DNA from: Octopus bimaculoides
Taxonomy: Eukaryota
Assembly (NCBI RefSeq): GCF_001194135.2
Contig: NC_068982.1
Span: 130,168,212-130,224,286 of the forward strand
Direction: 5' to 3'
Length of the DNA: 56,075 bases
Made by a program: the position numbers and the translations under genes. Positions 51,163 to 56,075 of this stretch are shown piece by piece; within the stretch, counting starts at the first letter, position 1, and each line of letters starts with the position of its first letter. The notes under the pieces were generated by a model. That model worked only from the letters and a program-made list of their open reading frames with translations, was not told where the DNA came from and made no database searches.

Positions 51163-52632
51163 GTGTGTATGTATGAGTGTGTATCTGTTAATCTCTCTCT
51201 ATCTGTATCTATACTGTGGGGTTCCGAATAGTTTCCGACTACCAAATTCTGCTCTGAAGTATTGGTTAATTCTACATTATAGTAGACGATGCATCACCAA
51301 AATGCTGCATGATGTAATGGAGACTGGAACCACGTGATTGCGAAGCGAACGTTTTAACCACACAGTCCTTCCTTAAAGTTATTATAAACCGCTGATGTTG
51401 GCTCTAGTCTTGTTAAAGTTATTATAGAGCCTTGAAATATTTCACTACTGTTCTCTGTTTGATATTGGCTCTTAGATTGTTTTTCTAGACGCTACTTTGA
51501 TATAGTTTACAGTTATTCGTATCACTATTACTAGCTTCAAAATGTTCGTTAGAACTATTATTACACCACAATAATTTTTCAGTATTTATTTAGCATTAGA
51601 TTCACAGATATTTTTAAAGATATTATATTCTCATATACTTTAGTATTGTTCTTCTTGGCGGCTTGGTACAAGAGTTATTTTTAGTGTTGTTATTGTAGTC
51701 ATATATTTTTGCAGAAGGTAACCAGTAGGAGCCAAGGAAACTACTGACGGCATAATACTTCTTGCTGGGTCTGCGTCACATGTTATTTTTAGAGTTGTTA
51801 TTTTCAAATATATTTTCGCATTGCTCTTAATTTTTAGCGCATCAGTTTGTAGCAGAGTGGCGGTCAAAATGTCTTACGTTATTTTTCAAGTACATTCGCC
51901 GAGATCAACTTTATAGTTCTTCCTTTAGGCGTTGATAAGATAAATGCCAGTCGAACATTGAAGTTGATTTTATCGAAATTTGAGTCCTTGTGTCTAAGTT
52001 AGCAATGGTATTGTGCTTACTTATATATACTAACAGAGTTCAAAGAGACCACAGGATGGTTTCCCCTGTTTACCGTTATCAAACAGCTGGATTCATGCTA
52101 CAGTTAAAGGCAACCGGAAATACTTTTGGTTAACTTGTTAACAACAGCTGTTGCTGTTAGTGACAAGCAGCTACCATAACAATGTCTAACTACGCAACAC
52201 TTCACAATCCAAGGTCTCTGCCCCAGCTACCGATGTATCACGCACTATACAATAGCCTAATTGTAACATTCCTGTTGGGGGCATGAGTAACATACATTTT
52301 AATATCGACGCCATTTAGAAAACTGGCCTTTTGTGCTTTTATTCATATATTTATTTCTTTAATACTTTTCTGATAAATTCATTTATTCTGCGTCTTAGCA
52401 TTTTTAATTAACAACATCAACACTGGCTTTTTTTTTCTTACTATGTACAAAAGCCTCTATATGCTAATGGAGGAGTGGAACTGAGACGTTATATTTTTCG
52501 AAGAGCAATAATAACTAAAGTGAAATGAAATAATTTCGGAAAGATTCTAAAACCAGATAGAAAATTCGACTTGCTATGAATTTGACTATTATTCTTGCCA
52601 TTACAGTTTTATTTCCTCTTTTAGGTAACAAA

Positions 52633-52775
52633 TGAAAGCGCGTAGCTTAGTGGTTAACGTGTCGGGCTCATGATCAGAGAGTTTAGGAATCAATTCCTGA
52701 CACGGAAGGAGTGCTCATGACCTTCAGTAAATCATTTTATTTCACGTTGCTCCACTCTACTTAGCTACAGATGAG
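52633..52775 (+). mobile_element. SINE family C, 5' part
   Basis: TGAAAGCGCGTAGCTTAGTGGTT...TTTATTTCACGTTGCTCCA. Confidence 0.75.
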
Positions 52776-53099
52776 AACCAGTCAATAATGGTGAAGCCAT
52801 CCCTTTTTTCATCTCCCATAACTTGGATGTTTCGTTGGGTCAACGGTTAGGGAGCCATCATTAGGGTTTGGCAAGTAGTCCATAGAGTAAGCGTCTTATG
52901 GATGCGAAACCATTGGTCACTCTATGACTAGACATATATTTAACTGCTTATAATATATATATATATAATTTCCTGGGAGAGAAATACTTTTGCGGCTGAA
53001 GATAGCTTTGTATTGTAAATCATACACTGATATAAAGCTTGAAACACGTGTACCGCAGAATCCTTTGTATTTTTGTTGTTATTTTTGGGATTTACAATT

Positions 53100-53132
<33 letters not shown>

Positions 53133-53145
53133 ATATATATATATA

Positions 53146-53499
53146 TAAAATTATAATAAGGGTGTTGAATGATTACAACACCAGTCTGCTAGAAATAGAG
53201 TAAGCGAGGAAAATAGCGAGAATTTATAAAATAATTTGGATAGTACCATATCTATAAATTTCACGGTTTGAGTTATTAAAATTCTTCTCCGATCATCAGT
53301 GGCAACATACCGAACGTAAATAAATGGAAAATACATTATACACACCGCCACAAACGCAAATAATGTACATGCATTTCGCACATATTCACGAATTTAAATC
53401 CACGCGTCTATTTCAACATTGTACTTATTTACTCAGAATAGTTCTGCAGTAAATATGCTATAGGTGTTGTAATCATTCAACACCCTTATTATAATTTTA
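53146..53499. mobile_element. MITE-like element with a 37 bp perfect inverted repeat
   Basis: TAAAATTATAATAAGGGTGTTGAATGATTACAACACC at 53146-53182 and its exact reverse complement at 53463-53499; TA-rich flanks; no coding capacity. Confidence 0.8.
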
Positions 53500-53578
53500 A
53501 TATAAATTAACCATTATGATATTTTAGTAAAAACATAAAATAATGACTTTATCCTAATTACGTATATATATATATAAA

Positions 53579-53902
53579 GGAGCACGCCGTCGGTTACGAC
53601 GACGAAGGTCCCAGCTGATACGATCAATGGAACAGCTTGCTCGTGAAATTAACGTGCCAGTGGCTGAACACTCAACAGACACGTGTACCCTTAACGTAGT
53701 TCTCAGAGAGATTCAGCGTGACACAGAGGGTGACAAGGCCGGCCCTTTGAAATACAGGTACAACTCATTTTTGCCAGCTGTTTGGACGGGAGCAACATGA
53801 AATAAAGTTTCTTGCTCCAGGACACAACGCTTCGCCGGGAATTGAACTCATGACATTATGATTGTGAGCCGAATACTCTAACTACTAAGCTACGTGCCTT
53901 CA
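53579..53902 (-). mobile_element. Full-length SINE family C
   Basis: Reverse complement begins TGAAGGCACGTAGCTTAGTAGTT and ends in the tail shared with the 5249 element. Confidence 0.85.
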
Positions 53903-53911
53903 CACAACCAT

Positions 53912-53986
<75 letters not shown>

Positions 53987-54002
53987 TAAATAACCTACTT
54001 AC

Positions 54003-54121
54003 GTTTGAGACATGTATTTTCTCTTTGAGAATGCTGACTCCATCCGGGACAACACGTGTACATCACTTGATGTTCTGTTTGAAGTCGTGTGACGTAACGG
54101 ACAATTTTTTGTTGAACAAGC
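54003..54121 (-). CDS. EGFL7: EGFL7/8-like exon: second half of the EMI domain
   Basis: Acceptor ccttccttttcttcag and donor AAAC|gtaagt; 119 nt, phase 2 to 1. Reads LVQQKIVRYVTRLQTEHQVMYTCCPGWSQHSQRENTCLK(P), including the EMI hallmark CCPGW. Confidence 0.95.
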
Positions 54122-54418
54122 CTGAAGAAAAGGAAGGTGACATTTAAATAACGAAACATACCCCTTATTGAGTGAGCTCCAAAGGTTTGATAGTAGTGTT
54201 AAGTAAAAAGATGGATTAAAACTATAATCAAGCCTAAACGACGATATTACCAATGTTTTCCCATTTTTAAATCGAAAGGTTTTCATATGACGGAAATGTC
54301 TCAATTATTTCTTGAATATAAAGCAACCATGTAGAGGTTTGGGGGCCAGCGAAGACGGTTGTAACGTTTAACAGTATTTGATATGCCATTGTATCTACGT
54401 CTAGGTCAATATCTGTTA

Positions 54419-55312
54419 CGTGGTCTGATCAATAAGGATCCGGACTGTTGCCACAATAATAAAGCTAAAGCACGCAGAGTAAAAGCCGCTTGGCACTGAT
54501 TGACTTTGAAGTCTCCTATGCATGTGCACTAAGTTTTAACGTTCTAGCTCACTTCCGCTGTTTACAGCAGGGCTTGGAAAGAAGGCGTGTAGCGTGTGAT
54601 CGTCACATTGACCATGACAGAAAGTTGAGCAGGGCATCTGCATCAAATTTTGCCAAAAGCTTGGCGATACCTGCTCAGAGGCCTTCGCAAAGTTTTCAAA
54701 AAAGTTTTCATCACTCGACACAATCAAGGAGATCTTGTGTAACTGAAACCCGAGTGTCTTTTTTGGTTAGCTGAAAGTAATCTTGGCACAAACTTGGCAG
54801 ACACGCGTCTCATACCCAAATCTTCAGTGATAATGGACTGAACTGAACTGTAACTAATCTGCACCTCCTCTGATAATTCACGGATGGTGATTCGACGATT
54901 TCCCCTCACAGCTGCACGCACATCTGCGGTATATTTCTCAGTTCTGCTGGTTGCGGGTCTCCCAGAATGTTCGTCAATATCGACATTTTTTCAACCAGCT
55001 TGGAAACGTCTCAATCACTCGTACACTTATGTGCGGCTCATAACCTCCTCTCCATACACTTTCTGCAACTTTGCGTAGGCCGTTGAACAGGTATCGCTAT
55101 GACAACTTTTTCTGTCATGGTCAATGTGACGATCACACGCTGCTCACGTTCCTTCCGAGCGCTACTATAAACAGCGGAGGTGAGCTAGAGCGTTAAAACT
55201 TAGTGCGTACGTACAACAGAGTTCAAGGTTAATCTTTGCCAACTGGCTTCACTCTGCGTACTTTAGCTTCGTTACTATGCGAACAGTCTGGATACTTATT
55301 GATCAGACTTCG
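54419..55312. mobile_element. Palindromic non-autonomous mariner derivative made of two 5' ends
   Basis: TA-flanked TIRs CG(T/A)(G/A)GTCTGATCAATAAG. Both arms carry the 5' UTR and transposase start (ICIKFCQKLGDTCSEA on +; RRITIRELSEEV...RRVSAKFVPRLL on -). Confidence 0.9.
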
Positions 55313-55616
55313 TATTCCTCCATTACATATATTTTTTATAATTTATGTATTTTCTTTTATTGCGTTTCTTTTTGTTTTATTCGAATCCCTTTAAAACATA
55401 ATACGCAGTTTCTAACATCTTCACATCATACTTTGTTGTATTATGGTATGCTGTATATGTATATCTTATGTGTATTTAAAAAATATTTATTATCTCTGGC
55501 CCCAAACCTAGGTCTGTTCCATCAAGTCAACCTGAAAATATTAACAACAGTATTAACAATGTGTAGCTTCGTATGGCGGCAGAGATAATCGATGAATAAG
55601 CAAAATTCAGGCTTAC

Positions 55617-55748
55617 TTTAATGTGGAGCAATATCCAGTCACAGATGATCTACATGGTCTCATAGCTCGCTGATATATGGGATGTGAAATGATTTCTTGC
55701 TCTCGAATTGGTGTTTTGACCACCCTCCGCTTTTGACAAATGTGACGT
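55617..55748 (-). CDS. EGFL7: EGFL7/8-like gene, exon: first half of the EMI domain (first exon visible; upstream signal-peptide exon presumably outside the window)
   Basis: Acceptor ttatttctttgtatcttag and donor AA|gtaagc; 132 nt, phase 2 to 2. Reads RHICQKRRVVKTPIREQEIISHPIYQRAMRPCRSSVTGYCSTL(K), matching the EMI N-terminal pattern (R.C...YQ....C...CST). EGFL7 versus EGFL8 cannot be resolved; probably a co-orthologue. Confidence 0.9.
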
Positions 55749-55946
55749 CTAAGATACAAAGAAATAACACCAGAAAATAATTGAGCAGCATCTGTTTATT
55801 TCAATGTTGGTTAAACAATTTATTTTTTGTTAATTTTTCGTTAATAACTGGTTAGCTGTATATTTTTGCTGTTCATGAAACATATTTAAACACTGAAATA
55901 TTAAAGGGTATGCGAGAGAAATTCGAAAGATAGAAGAATACACCCA

Positions 55947-55985
<39 letters not shown>

Positions 55986-56075
55986 AAGTAAAGTTGTGGA
56001 ATACCGTACGAGTGGAAATATATATGAAAGAAGGTTTGAAAATGCACTTATTTTTAAAAAATATTTATTTACTTA

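Overview
AT-rich eukaryotic DNA from a gappy short-read scaffold. The microsatellite density and SINE families point to a coleoid cephalopod, most likely Octopus (inference). The ORF track is almost all microsatellite or gap noise and mostly misses the one real gene. By reading splice sites I reconstructed seven minus-strand exons (55617-55748, 54003-54121, 41488-41583, 37755-37877, 34758-34846, 33559-33778, 30474-30505). They join in one open frame (269 aa in the window) with EMI + EGF + calcium-binding EGF + coiled-coil architecture, i.e. an EGFL7/EGFL8-like secreted protein. The signal-peptide exon was not found and presumably lies beyond the right edge. The rest is a transposon graveyard: several tRNA-derived SINE families, decayed LINEs (Tx1/L1, CR1, R4/Dong-like, RTE-like, Penelope-like) and DNA transposon remnants (mariner, pogo-like, hAT, MULE, a MITE). 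The most interesting non-coding signals are a cluster of minimal hammerhead-ribozyme motifs beside Penelope-like remnants (16.8-26.3 kb), several fold-back elements around the EMI exons, a SINE/LINE shared 3' tail, and a pre-miRNA-sized hairpin. No rRNA, intact tRNA or CRISPR array was seen. Family assignments come from motif recognition by eye, not database searches.
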